Assembly (NCBI GenBank): GCA_002633005.1
Contig: NMRA01000352.1
Location: forward strand, 96,836 to 160,835
Length of the DNA: 64,000 bases
DNA from: Phoronis australis
Lineage: Eukaryota; Animalia; Phoronida
Direction of reading: 5' to 3'
The position numbers and the translations under genes were made by a program. The notes beneath the pieces were generated by a model. The model saw only the letters and a list, made by a program, of their open reading frames with translations. It made no database searches and was not told the DNA's origin. This document shows, one piece after another, positions 50,076 to 64,000 of this stretch (positions are counted from its first letter, which is position 1; the number at the start of each line of letters is the position of its first letter).

Positions 50076-53000
50076 TCACACAGCGAACTGCATGTCGGCA
50101 AAGTTGTAAAAGTTTTCAATTTCCTGAACCGCTTGAGAGCTGCTGTGACTGACAAAGACGAGGCCGATAGAGCCTTGAGAGATGGACATGGCGCACTGCT
50201 GACAGTTCTCTATGACGCGCTCTCCGTTGTATTCCAGCCCAGTCACTGGACCTGAAAGATGATAAAAAAATTACCACAAAACAACTACACACATCTAATG
50301 TTAAAACATGGCATGATATGTGGCAATCATCAAATAGAAATAAAGTGACTTTTCTAATAACATGTAACTGAAACTGTCAGCTGCATTAAAAAAATGACTA
50401 AACTAGAAACCACAGGTGGACTAGGCTTCAAAAGCAGCTCCCGTTCCAACCATGTGTTGCACAAAACCCCTAAAATTGCTACTAGGGCACACAGAAGTAC
50501 TCCAAAAGTTATCGTCCTCTGGTGTCATCTTCAAATTGTCAATAATTAGCTCACTGGTAAGAACATCAGTCAGAAAATTAGTCCATGCCGTTCCATCTGT
50601 GATAGGATCATATCTGCAAAATGTCCTGAATATTCATCCAGCAGCTTGTTGCTGCATAAAATCTGTTAAAAGCATTTAAAAAGCTCCATGCACCAGGACT
50701 GAATCATCACGAAGTCATCATCTCGCGGCAGCTACAGAAACTAACGAAATGGTAAAAATAGAGCTGATTATGAGTAAGAAATTGCACTATTTATGAAAGT
50801 TGTTTTTTTAAATGTAATCACTAATTTTGCTAGCTTACAATATTCAAATCAGCTGCATTGTCTATAACCTTGAAACTGACCTTGTTGAACAGCCGAAGCG
50901 TAGGCGTTTGAGTTGAAGACCCTCTGAGCATCGTCAGGCTTCAAGGGCAGCTCTTTGGTCTGGACCAGCACATTACTGGGCTGAAATATCAGACAACAAA
51001 CCAATGTCATTTTTCACATACTTTTAGTATTTGTTTGCCAAACTGCAAACCAGTAAATGCTTTATATATCATTGACATTGTCATCATCACCTCTAGGTAA
51101 ATGTTGAGTAGTGGTAGAACGATTTGCATTTATAGGGCTACAGTAGGCATCCCTGGGAAAATGGAGGTGATACACCAACAAGCAAATCGGTTGATAACTG
51201 TACTATTTCAATGATCTTATTCACACTAGACACATCATACGACATTATTCGTCAGTTATGCAATGTAGAGCCAGAGAATATTCTTGGAAGACATTCCTCA
51301 CGTTTTAACCACCGCACAAATAAATTTCACCAGTGCAGTTTTTCATTCAGATTTTTTCAGTAATATGCAAATGTTCAGGAAAGGCGATGGTGTAAAATGA
51401 CACCTAAAGGAAAGCGTTTTAGAGATCGACACTTGTCTGAATAAAATGGAAATTTTTGAAATTAAAGTCCTGGGAGAGTTTCTTGTAAGGTGGTTCGACT
51501 GTGTTAACATTCAAGAAACACTTACGTGTCGACTAGCCATCTGCAAAATGAAGTTGTGCGCCCTCTCGTGGTTCATGCCATCATTAAAGAAGACCACCAA
51601 GCAGGACTGAAATGGAGTGAAAAAAGGAATGAGTAATACGACAAAGACAACACACAATTTTGACGAATATGTTCAGGAGCGGGTAGAGCTCAGTAACACT
51701 AGGACCTCGCTAGAAAAGCAAGACTGCGAGATTACGCGAAATATTGCCGTGTATTTTAAATGAGGGTATGTGAACACGCGAGACAGCTACTGAACTCGAA
51801 GGTCAGGAGTTTTCCTTTGGAGTACTTGAATCCTTGATAGCCTGTTAGAGAAGTTATCAGTTAGTTCATTTTAAGATTCTGGGCCCAAGTCAAGCAAATA
51901 AGATATGTTAAAAATCAAACATACATTTTTTGTACGTTACATAATTATCCAAACGATTTGAGCACAAAAAATTCCCAAAGAGGCAGCTTTACATTTTCTA
52001 AATAATAAAAGTGAAAAATTCCCAGCATTTATTGCAAAACAACAGACAAGTTCGCCCACATTTCTCTCAATGGCACATCACACATGCTTTAACAAACATT
52101 ATACCAAAAAACACGATTACATAAAGTAAACCAAAACACCTTTCCCATCTGTATTTCATTTTCAAGCCTTAAGGTAAATGACCAATTGGAGCTTCTAATT
52201 CATTTTTAATACAATAATTATATTTTTCAAGCATGAAATAAATTCCTAATTCTTTATTCAAAGTATTGTGAATAGAGGTTTCGGCTCCATACCGTCTACA
52301 ATAATGTATATTTAACCAAAAGAAAGATGACACCTAAAAGATGAAAGATCTTAATATAAAAAAGTGATCACCCCTGAAAATATTTGTGAAATCCAACAGT
52401 ATAACCATCAATTCCTTTTCATTTTCTTAAATGCTAATTATACTTCCTGTATATTAATATCAGCATCTAAGTTTACTTGATCAAAGACACGTATCATTTG
52501 GATATTTTTAGTCTCCACAATATTCTTAATTGCACATAAATTGTCTCTGGAAGCAGGTAATTTTTCAGTTAATCTTTCACACCACTTTTGAATTTCAGGA
52601 TGGGTGAACCCCTACATGATTTCCCCGACGTAAATCTCATCTTTTGAGGTTTTTTATGTTCTTCTTATAAAGAAAAAAACAAGTCATATCATGGCAAGGC
52701 AAAAAAAGATTTGAGATCGACTTTGTATAAGCAAAAGGACTAAGTTTGATTTTTGTTTTTAGCTAGCATGACAATACCTCGTCAAATTGTTTCCTTCTGT
52801 TGCCAAGGGTAACAGGAACAGCACTGCGGTCCTTTTCTGTAGAAACTTGAACTGTGGAGAAAGGCTCTGTGGTTGCTACAGGAACGTAGTCCTCGATATT
52901 AACATCCTTAAAGAAGAGCAATAAAAAGTGTTGACATATGCCCACAATGTACCTCAAACGGTTAATTTCTAACTGGTGTTTACTGGCTTCACGTGAGGTA

Positions 53001-54753
53001 CACACAGACAACAATTTGTCTAAAAGGCATAGCTGCAATGGACAGAATTTGCAAAATGGTTGATACCTCACCTTTTCAAACTTAAACATCAAATCAACAA
53101 TTTCAACAAAAAATAAAAATGCCACAAAGTGACAAAGCACACCTCAAGGGTGGGGGCTGCAGAGGCTGAATCAGGCTGAATATGGGTAGGTACCGACATA
53201 TTGCTGTGTTGAGATTCATTAACATATGACAATCAATTCTCCACATATCATGTGAAGAGAAGACCAGTTCCATCGAGAACTGGCTAACTTGAAAATTACA
53301 AAAAACACAGACAAATCGCAAGGTGCTGACATGAGCTATGCACTTTGTAAGCGTGCTTGTATGAAAGTTTGATCAAAATCTGCTGAGAAATGAAGGATGT
53401 ATAAACAAGAGCATTTCCCTACATAGATGTATGAAAATCAAGAATTTGCCAAACCTCGGTGAAAACTGAGTCATGAGACTAAAGAACAAGCCAACATTCC
53501 GGAAAATACATTCAAATCACAAAATCACTTATTATTTACAAAGCCCAAACACCGGTAGAGGGGCGCTTATAAGGGCAAAGGGCAAATACAGTACATACCC
53601 CTCTGTTCGCTTATAAGGGCATAGGGCAAATACAGTACATACCCCTTTGTTTTGCCATGGTAAGGTGCAACACCTTTCTATTTTGAAATATCCACTCATT
53701 TAGACACATGCTCTGGTACAACAAATTGCCCAAACGCACACGCACGCACNGGTGCTATGCGCATCTACAATCGTGGTTCAGTTTTCGCAAATTCTTACAG
53801 CCGGAAAAAAATTTGGCCCCCCCCTTGTGATATCCTAGATCCGCCACTGAAAAAGGATCAGTTTTCAACAAATTTAACAAAAAATAACAAGAGCAACGCA
53901 GAGCGTTGAAATGTACCCACAACTGCACCGCAAACGGTATCCTTCTAGGGTTGTTTATTGGTACCATAAAGTGGCCAGTAGAGGGCATATATGTATGTTG
54001 TACTTAGCAAAATGGAAAGGCGTGAACATTGTTTCCTCAATAGGCTAGGGGCAAAATGAGAGTAATCTTCATAATACAAGCACATCCTATACACCAATTT
54101 GCAAAATGGTTGATACCTCACCTTTTCAAACTTAAACATCGAATCAAGATGTTAAAAAAGGATCAGTTTTCAACAAATTCAACAAAAAATAAAAATGCCA
54201 CAAAGTGACAAAGCACACCTCAAGGGTGGGGGCTGCAGACGCTGAATCAGACTGAATATGGGCAGGTACCGACATATTGCTGTGTTAAGATTCATTAACA
54301 TATGACAATCAATTCTCCACATATCATGTGAAGAGAAGACCAGTTCCATCGAGAACTGGCTAACTTGAAAATTACAAAAAACAGACAAATCGCAAGGTGC
54401 TGACACGAGCTATGCATGCTTGTATGAAAGTTTGATCAAAATCAGCTGAAAAATGAAGGATGTATAAACAAGAGCATTTCCCTACATAGATGTATGAAAA
54501 TCAAGAATTTGCCAAACCTCGGTGAAAACTGAGTCATGAGACTAAAGAACAAGCCAACATTCCGGAAAATACATTCAAATCACAAAATCACTTATTATTT
54601 ACAAAGCTCAAACACCGGTAGAGGGGCGCTTATAAGGGCATAGGGCAAATACAGTACATACCCCTTTGCTTTGCCAAGGTAACATGCAACACCTTTCTAT
54701 TTTGAAATATCCACTCATTTAGACACATGCTCTGGTACAACAAATTGCTCAAA

Positions 54754-54801
<48 letters not shown>

Positions 54802-57800
54802 CACACACACTACTAAGTTAAGCTATAATCAGACAAAGATTAAACTAAGGTATCCTCTGAAGAGTAACAATGATTTGCTTTTGTTGCATTTTGCTCAAAT
54901 TTTATTTTTAGTACAGTGAGGTGGTACCGATGATTTGCCACCAGCAAATATGTGGGAACAAGAATTTCATTACTAATAAACCCAGCTTCCATCAAAAAAA
55001 CAATTTTTCATTTAAATCCCTTTTCGTTACGAAATTTGCGTCAAATTTCTTAATTACATTAGAGGTGATTTCAGAGCTTTGAAGACATTTCTGCTTCATT
55101 ACTTGAGACCAAGCTCTTCAAATTGACTTCTTACGTGGCAAGCATGTTCTCAAAAAGTAACAAACAGTCAATTTTTTGTAAGACCAGAAACTACTTCTCA
55201 TCTGAATAAGGAACAAGTTATAACCAATTCTATTAGCAGCAAGTGGTCTAAATAAAAAATTTGGATTTTTATTAATGCTGAAATTCAGTCGTTTCAGCTA
55301 TCGGGAACTTTAGGCAAACTTATTTTTAGCCAGTTTAAAGATGGTTTTTGCAATATGATATGGTGCAACATGTCTTCTTAACCAGGGTAATCATCAAATG
55401 GTTGGACTTCATAACCACTTGCCTGGACTTCAAATTCAGCCGGCTGGACTGCAAAACCGTGATTAGTTCTGCCATCATGTTTCAGTACTGGCCAACCCAT
55501 TTTAGGTACGATCAGCCAGTTTTCTGGGTGCGGCCATCAGGTTTTGAGGTACCGGACACTGCGCTTTTACTTCCGACCACCATGTTAGAGCACTGGCCAT
55601 TGGGTTTTGCAGTCCAGCCACCTGATTTCGAAGTGTAGCCAATTGCCGATTCCCCCCTTGATTTTGGTACAGATCATTGGCCTGGTATCATTACTACAGC
55701 AGCAGAATGGGTTAATACATCAAACGGACAAGACAACAGGGCACGTACTTCGGATAGATACGAGTAGTTTCTGTGATCGGGCACCTCGGTAAAGTCATGA
55801 ATGTTCGACCAGTTGTTGTTATAGACACTTAGCCCAGCACCTTGGAAATGACCTGTCAATGTACATTTAGAGAAGAATATAAACAAAAAGAAATATTATA
55901 CAAAACAGAATCAAAATTTCCAAAAACATGGACATAAAGAAATGTCAGTAGGTAGCACAGCGGTATTTAAAACAGCACTTTCAAATTTCATGAAGAACAT
56001 TCGCAGCATAAATTTTGGCTACCTTAAAGAGACAAATTCATTTTAAAATATTTTTAAATTATTAATAGTGAAATACAGTGTCCACATACATTTGTAATCA
56101 GATGTGATTGCACATAAAATCCTCATTTTCAAGGAATTATATGAATCTCCCACATCCATTTTTGCAGGAAACTTGCAAATTTTATTTCTAAACAGTTTCT
56201 AAAATTTGCTTGTAAGGCTTTTAGCCCATGGAAATAAGCTTCGTGAGTTTGTGTTGTTCCTTATAATTCTTGAACAAGAAGTCAATGTCTTCATTTTTCA
56301 AAAACGAGCATTGTTAAAAAAACACATTACGGTAAACTGTGTAACAACACGTTGGAAGAAGTCACACAAACAATGTTTTTGTTTACTTTTACATTAAGGC
56401 TTTGAAACAATTTTTCAAATGTTTAACCCAGGTTTCCCGCTAAAGCAAAAATTAAAAAAGTATAAACTGGGCACTGTAATTTTGTGATCTAATCTTTTTT
56501 CCTAACAATTCACAGAACCAACAGCAGTTACACAGTTTCACTTCCCGAACATGTACCTAATAAATTTACAGCAAAAGAACAAACACTAAATGCTACTACA
56601 ACACACTGAATTTAAATCACTGGGTGGCAATGAAAAATGCTCAGCATTTCCAGTGTGGCTCAGGTTTAACATGGATTGGAGCTTTTCAAAAGAGGGTGCA
56701 GCAAAATGTTAAGATAGTTTGTAGAGAGAACACTGATAAATAGGCAAGTCAGAAGAAGTGGCATATCTCTGCAAAAACACTTAATTTGCCTTACTCTCAA
56801 TTTCTGGGTAGAAGTATTGGAAACATCCAAACTTGATGCCCGTTGTTGATTCTATGATTGGCTGCGTAGTGCAGTGTAGGAATACATCTATCTTACGGCA
56901 GTCTCGCGTCCTGAATTGTTGGCAGGAGGCAATAAGTTTACAATCTGTGCAATCTCGAATGAAAATGCTGTAAAAGATCAGATTTTAAAGAAAGTTTACT
57001 CAATTCTTTAATTCGTCTTCAAAATAATTGTAAGTAATGGATTATGACGTGTGAAGAAATTCTCAATGGAGTGTTACACTGAGGTTTTTCTCCTTTAAGT
57101 CCACTGATGATGCTAATAAGTGAAACTACATCATAAAAAACAAATACCTCAACCATTTAGAATTTTAAAAAAATTATGTCAATTAGTATGTGGTGCTGCA
57201 AAACAATCGAAAATGTGAAAATATACCAGTTGACTTAACTACCCAGTTTGCCTACGGACGACAAACACGGCTAAGCTTTACTGGCCAACATGTCCGAAAA
57301 ATCAGACAGTGCACACATAAATATATAAAGGAATTTATTTCGACCGATTGCTTATCGACGATAACAGTGCTTCAGTCAACTGCTGCCAGTGGACACATTA
57401 TTGTCATACTGTGATCACACAACTAAAGGAACTACAATGCCAATTTCCATTTCAAGGAACAGAGGTTGTGTAATGCACGAGTCAATTAACACATGTTACA
57501 AAAAAAAATTACAAATTGACAACCAAAAACAAATGTCATCTTAATGAAAATGTGCACAATATCAATGCTAGTAATAACAGTAGTGCCTGTTCGCTATAGG
57601 GCAGTTAGTGCCCCATTTATACAGAGACCCTGCATCAGTCCACCACAAAACGAATAGTAGGTAGATATGATTACAACAACGCACTGCATACATGGAAAAG
57701 AAAATGATGCATATTTTTCAAAATCCTAAGCTGGCACACAAGATAGCCATATTAATAACTCATGACAACACTGACTAAAGAAGAGCCCTCAAGCAAAATC

Positions 57801-60800
57801 AACGTCAAGCCAAGGAGACAGATTCCTGACGACCCTGAAGCCACCAATGTGTGTACCTCTTCGAACATTTTCTGGCAATTTTGACACAAAAGTTCTTGCC
57901 AAAACAAACATTTAACGTTTGGATTTATTAACATTTGGACTTCCGGGCATTCCAAGTTGCAAATCTTTGGAGCTATGAGTTGTTCTAATTTCAGGCCATA
58001 GGACTTGTGGACCGTTGAACAAGTAGACCCAAGTCCTATTTTAAAGAGCTGTCAGCACATGGATGTGACAACTAAAGAAATCGAGATTGAGTGTACAAGT
58101 TTTTCAGTTGTTGAAATTCAATGTACCCACCTGGTTTTTACAGGGCCTAAAAATATCCTACAGTTCACACAGTCATCTATAGTCACTGCAGCCGCATGGT
58201 CAAATACGTAGATATCACAGTTCTGCAACAGAGAATGGAAGAGTCTTATGGTGCAATTGACAGTAGTCAGACCATCCGAAAATAATCATTAGCTGTGCTC
58301 TTCTCAGCAGGAGCAAATCTACCAATTTTCATAATGCATGTTAGCTGAACTGAATTTCTACACTAATCTTGCAAATCTCCTGGGTGTCCGATATATCAAA
58401 ATCAATGTGCCAATGTGCTCTTTTAAGAATAGAGCCCGAGGTGGGATGAATGATAGGTTCTTTTAACAAATAACATGAAATCTCGCATAAAAAGTTATCT
58501 CAAAATATTCTTAGAAAATGCATTATAAATTTCACCTTTTAAATACCAGGAGGGCTCTACACGTCAGTTTTCTAGCAAGTGTTTACAAATAAATTTGTCC
58601 CGTGACCTATCTGTTAACTGACTGCGTGCATGGCTCACCTCACACTGGTCAATTATAAATTGTTGACCATTGACTGTGCCAGGCATACGTCCAACAACTT
58701 CATCCTTGAGACCTCTAAAAGTGTAATCTTTTGGATCTAACTTTTCACGTGTCTCCCTGAAAGTAGACAAAAAGCATTCATTTCATCATCAGTTGCTGGG
58801 GTTATATTTATTTTTTTTAATAGCCAAGGTTTTAATGATTTCTGGATTTATTTGATTGCATAAGGTGAAAATAAATGTTTCAAAGAAAAGAAAAACAATC
58901 ATCGGAGTTCGACATCTTCATTGAATTTATATAAACCACAACCAGCCATCTGATGTCAATCTTACATTGGTTGTAATATCTGTAATATCTTTTTGTCGGT
59001 GTACAAACCTATGGCTAATGTTTTCTCTTTGTTTCACTAAACCAACTATAAATAAAATGACTTGACTTGACTCATGGGCAGCCATATTGATGAATGACTA
59101 GCTAAGTGCACTCTAAATAATTTGTGGATAATTTCAGCTGCATGTTAATTATCGTAAGTTGAAAATAATGTACCTAATGCACAAAAAATATCTACAAATT
59201 TTAATTTGAAAAATGGTTAATTGGCCCGATAAGTCTTTTTTGGTCATTTTGAGTATTTAGCTTAAGTGTCTGCCTATTTCTTGAGATTAACATTATGAAA
59301 GAGAGAAAGAGGAAAGTGAGACAATTGCAGTTACTACGCTGCATTTAGCCAAAACATTTCTGGAAGATAAGTGTTTCCATTACATACTCCGGGCAGGGCT
59401 CGAAGCTGAGCACGTCAACTCGCCAAATGCAACTTGACAAAAATTTCCGGTCGCCATCTGAGAAATGATGTTGCCAAAACAAGCAGTCATGTGGTTCACC
59501 AATGCCGAGTTCCAAAATAAAATGACAGTCATTGATAAAACTGGACAAATGTCCGTTGGAAGATCCAAAAATTGCTCGTGCAAGGTTTTTCTAGGCAAAC
59601 TGAAACATAGGAATATACTGTCTGATCAGTAACAACTAACTGTCCCCTGAGACCCAAAATCCCACATGCTCGGCTCCTACCACTAAAATAAGAGCAGAAG
59701 ATTAGTACACATTCATTTGTCTGTGCATACCCCACTGCCGTATCACAAGACTTCCGGGCATGACAGTCGAGTTCAAGTCTCAGTGACAGCAGATAATTCA
59801 ACATCATGAAAGCGTCCTTCCCACCATTTTGTGGCTCAGAATTTTGCAGATGGTTATAAATCATGGGTGTCATCAACACACAATAGGCCTTTCGAAATTG
59901 ACATACAAGGTTAGAGAAAGCAGCCATTTTTATGAACCCATAAGACTGTCCCAAATTTGCTGTGCAACTAACACAGCTTGAAAGAGGTTTTATGGAACTG
60001 GCTGAGAAGATAAGTGATATACTACCCACTATGGATTAGTGATCACCTGAGCACAGAATGTCCATTTTTTGTCAAACAATTCTGACTCAGCTCCAGCATA
60101 ACATGGGAATAGCATTTACAGACATGGCTACACCAAGACTAAGCTACTAGTAGGCGATGTGCTTTACCCAGCGTGGTATCTTAGGACTTCAAAGAAAGTC
60201 TGGTGGTACACCCCAGTCAAGTAGCAAGTCTAGATTATTTCTAAATCTTTGTTAGGGAGAAGTGGATCTGTAATTTTCACAAGATCAGGTTTAATGCATT
60301 GGAAATACAAAATCAATTCAAAAAGTGTGGTAATGCGCAGTCTGCAGGTGACAGGGGTGAGTGGGGTGCGCAACTTATGAAGTCATAAGTCTGTTTACTT
60401 CATGAAGTACTTCGTAGTGACTTTGTGGCGACTTCTGATTTTACCAGGTTCCTAAACACAATCTGAGGTTGCACTGTCAAGCTGCAGCCGCAGGTCACCA
60501 ATCCAAATCGAGTCCCAATAAGAATAACGCCCAACATTGTTTAGATAGAGTACGGTTTTTAATAAACGGTTTATTGTCAATCGAAAGGTAAACCAGTTAC
60601 ACAGTTCCACTATATGTCATCGCCTGTATGCTTACGAAATTCTATTACGCTAATCAGGACGTGTCACCTAGCAGAAATACAGACAGTAAAGGCTCGTTGA
60701 CGTTGTGACTTTTCTGTGACATTCGGACGACTCATCGAGTCTAGCCTAGGCCGTTTTCGTTTGTTTTTTGGCTCGTCTATTCGTCTCTATTCTCTCACTT

Positions 60801-60870
60801 ACCAGCTATACTTAGGACGTTCCTGTGTCTCTTCGCTTACAGGCGTGGAGGCAGAAAAACAACAACCCAT
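50076..60870 (-). CDS. RP2: Protein XRP2 (retinitis pigmentosa 2; ARL3 GTPase-activating protein, TBCC-like + NDK-like domains), complete, 9 exons, 346 aa
   Basis: Exons on the minus strand: 60803-60870 ([23 protein letters not shown]), 58639-58756 ([39 protein letters not shown]), 58131-58222 ([30 protein letters not shown]), 56795-56967 (..[27 protein letters not shown]..), 55749-55852 (..[11 protein letters not shown]..), 52778-52906, 51526-51606, 50881-50980 and 50076-50251 (..[14 protein letters not shown]). All introns are GT-AG with consistent phases, totalling 1041 nt. The CQQFR arginine finger and QPIIES motif are intact. Confidence 0.96.
53047..54770. repeat. Near-identical duplication (53047-53749 / ~54097-54770) across N at 53750 in an RP2 intron; probable haplotype-overlap artefact
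   Basis: Copy 1 ends at the N inside the start of the (CGCA)n microsatellite that is complete in copy 2. Confidence 0.8.
54754..54810. repeat. Compound microsatellite (CGCA)n(CA)n
   Basis: Directly visible. Confidence 0.95.
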
Positions 60871-61050
60871 AATTTAGATCATCTGAACCAACACTATACT
60901 GGCTGCAAACGTTTCTTTGGCCCCAAAATCCAAACAAGTGCGCCGCTGACAAAACGAGATTCACAGCGATTTATTGTTTCCGGTTTCCGCTGCGATTTGT
61001 ATAGGTGGCGCTGTGGAGAGAGAGTTGTCAAGCGTCGCCAAGAAATAAAA
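60871..61050 (-). promoter_or_regulatory. Putative RP2 5' UTR / core promoter
   Basis: Locally CpG-rich stretch immediately upstream of the RP2 ATG, with ETS-like TTTCCGG/TTTCCG motifs (~60977-60989) and TAGGTGGCGCTG (~61002). Confidence 0.4.
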
Positions 61051-64000
61051 AAACAGCACTAAGACCAGTCACCAGGTGACGACTGAGACCGTCTCGATAA
61101 CGAGTTGGCGTGGCATCTAAAAGATGGAACCCGACAAAGACTTCGATTGATCTTGTGTATGGAAAATGAAGTACATTGTATCGTATGGAATGCCAAAGGG
61201 GCTATTTTGATTTCAAAATGACTTCCCAAAAATCCTACAACGGTTTTATTTTTTTTGAAATCTTTTACAATTCGAAATGAAATGTTCTTAAAATACCAGA
61301 CCGTCTGATTCATTTTGCAATATTTTTTAGAAATCTTGGCAAGATTATTTGGAAATGTTGGCAAGATTTTTAAAAAATATTGTCAAGAACGGTTTAAGAA
61401 GTTCTAGTATTGGCGAATGATGGTGGCAAGTGAAATTGACCGAATTTCGCCGTCGGGTCTTGAATAGAAAATGTACAAAAATTTTGACCAGATTTTTAAA
61501 ATGTTGTCAACATTTTTAAATGTTTATGTGAATAGTGTCATCTTATTGGAGTGACGGTTAATCTGCAGTGTGCTGATAAAGTGTTTCAGGTGGCATCGGA
61601 ACTTTGATGATGAACTGAGCCTCACCCCAAGAAATCGCTTTCATCACGATTGTGCCCGTTTTCCTTCATTATCTGTGCTTTCCCCTTACCATGAACGGCT
61701 AAGACAGAATCCCGTCTGAGGATTTCTGGCGTAGGACCTATTTTCCATCGAGTCCTGGGCCCAGTCTCGAATCTTTTTACTCGCAATGGAACTCGAAATG
61801 TTTGGCATTTTTTAATTTACTTTTGTGCGAACTCAAGATAAGTGTCCATTACTCTATGCTCGAGTACAGAATGACTTACGTGGATGATTGATTAGTCCTA
61901 GTTTGCAGTTGATAAATCCAACACTTAAGCTAAAAGTTTGAGTTTAAACTCGAAATTTCGAGTTTTTACTCATTTGTAGCACGCATAGGCCTATAAGGGT
62001 TTTTAAGTGCAAACTTGGACTCAGAAACTCATATGCATGAACTATGTAATTATTCGAGCACAATCTGATAACCACTTATCTTGAGTTCGCAGAAAAGGAG
62101 CAGAGAAATTGCCAAAAATAATTTCCAATTCGTTTCGCGTACAAAGATTAGAGACCGGGCCCTGGGCTTTATGCCCGAGTCTGCAAGGTCGCACTGACGG
62201 CTCATTAGTCCGAAAGACGAGTTTTTTCATCGACTAAAATTTGTTAATGCACCTACTGTAAGCCGAATAGGCTTACTGTGAACAGGTAGCCGTGCCCCGT
62301 CAGGATGACAAGTGTTTGAGTAACGGAATCATGACGGACTTGCGTACATGGTTTCGGATAGACTGGGGCTAGACGTTTTGCGAGATCTAACCCCCGAACA
62401 TCCCTGGCTACGGGCCTGCTTCTCAGTAATTGTCAAAAATCGCCTATGGATCACATGATTTTTGAAGGTCATACAGAAATGTAAATCCAAAACCAAAGAA
62501 CCTTTTTGCTGTGTAAAGTTACTAGTCGGATAGTTTCTCATGTTTTGAGGACTTCACATTTGACTTAACTGGGGGTTACAAGATTTTTAAAATCCAATTC
62601 ACTGTACTCATAGCCATTTCTCGATGGCATGCCGAGCATGCTACTTGACGGGCAACTCAGTGAGAGGGCATGGAAGAAGGGCATTCCGGCCCACGGGGGT
62701 TTAGAGGCCCTAACTCAAGAAATTTGCAGTTATTAAGCGTGTTAATAGGAATTTGATTACCGTCAGGTAGTCTGCACGGAAACGGGGGCAGATTTCGCCT
62801 ACTACACCCCCCCCCCTTCCTACGGCTTTGTGTCAAAACTTGACTTTCCCTTAACTGACATTTTCCGATTATTGACTTGCCTGCAGAAAACTAAAGTATC
62901 CAAATAGTAATATTGCCTAGTTTGACGAACTCATCGCACGGTACATGTATAGTGAGCGTCGACCCTCTGAATAGTAATTTGCATGTCAGTAGCTTTTGAA
63001 TGACTGTATCTATCCTGAACCCAAGTTTGTGTAATTGCTTTAAGAGGTGGGATTTTGAACGTCATTCGTGCCACGTCGTTAGTGAGACATCAGCAAGTTT
63101 TTACGGTTCTGCTCCGACTGTGCCTATGTTACTGTTATTGATTTGTTGCGAATATCAAGCGTGCATTCACAGTGTTCTGTGATTTTATTGAGCAATTGAA
63201 AATCCTTCTCTAAATGAATGGTGGACACACCGACATTTAATCTAATTTGCATTTTTGTAAGGCTTTCCAAAGTTTTAGTTAGACGTTAGATGCTGTATTG
63301 TCCACTTTTTTTCTAGTTTTGCTGTATGTTCCATAACCTGGGCGGAAGCAATTGCTCGATCTACCGCGCCAAACTGCGACAATGGATTCACCTAACAACT
63401 CGCAAGTGAGACAAAATCCTCACGATTCATTTTGCCGCACATCTGAGGTATAACGTAGGCTCATTTGTATTCGAGGCGCAGAGACGACGTCATTCACATA
63501 TTACAACAAAGAGCACAATAATTACACAGAAGAAACTGATTAAGACAAAGAGGCCTTCTCTGCGATAGGTTTGCTACATAGAGTTCACAAGTTCAAGCCC
63601 AATCGGCAGCGTACCGGTAATGTTTGTTGGACTAACCAGCATTTTATACCCAAATGATGCTATAGGTAACGTTTCAAGTATCAGTTTTGAAGGATTTGCA
63701 ATCCAGATAATACCATTTCTCAACAGTGTTTAATAACGTAGAAAATATATCTGAAACTAAATAAGGCGATCCAGATCCTCCCAAGGATACTATTGTTTCA
63801 TGAAATGAAGAATATAAATCGGTAAATAAAACAACAAGAATGGATCAACTGAAATTTGAAATTTTCGGAGGTAACAACTTCCTTTATCAACAAAAACAGA
63901 AATAAAGTAAAATCAAACACAAAATGACAATTGACATATAAGATACGGTGTAATGAAAATGATACATTTTTGCGTAAAAAATTCAATGACATATTTTAAG

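Noticed and set aside
59340-60480. Coding-like relic in RP2 intron 1 (possible P-element/THAP9-like transposase)
   Set aside because: Only faint motif resemblance amid many stops; the family cannot be supported by eye.
61057-61537. CACTA...TAGTG-bounded element upstream of RP2
   Set aside because: Only 5-bp termini match and there is no TSD; likely chance.

Overview
AT-rich, intron-rich genomic DNA from an animal, most likely an invertebrate; the taxon cannot be fixed from the sequence. Three spliced genes can be reconstructed by hand. (1) A minus-strand ankyrin-repeat gene running off the left edge (exons 1-5241). (2) The 3' ten coding exons of a C2CD5/KIAA0528 orthologue on the plus strand (11522-18972). 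(3) A complete 9-exon RP2 (XRP2, ARL3-GAP) gene on the minus strand (50076-60870, 346 aa). Between C2CD5 and RP2 (~19.5-48 kb) is a transposon graveyard. It holds an A1CF/RBM47-family pseudogene fragment, ISL2EU-, IS3EU- and EnSpm-like transposase relics, a truncated Gypsy element with an extra zinc-finger ORF, and a young internally deleted LTR element with CG..CG ends and a 3-bp TSD (Troyka-like). The most notable signal is two unrelated Gypsy-derived mini-elements with the same 'copy-back' architecture: LTR-PBS-gag start, then an inverted copy of the LTR 5' end, with TG..CA termini and a perfect 5-bp TSD. Four single-N joins (6745, 17013, 44871, 53750) each sit inside a near-identical duplication and are probably haplotype-overlap assembly artefacts. 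All family assignments come from remembered motifs, not database searches.
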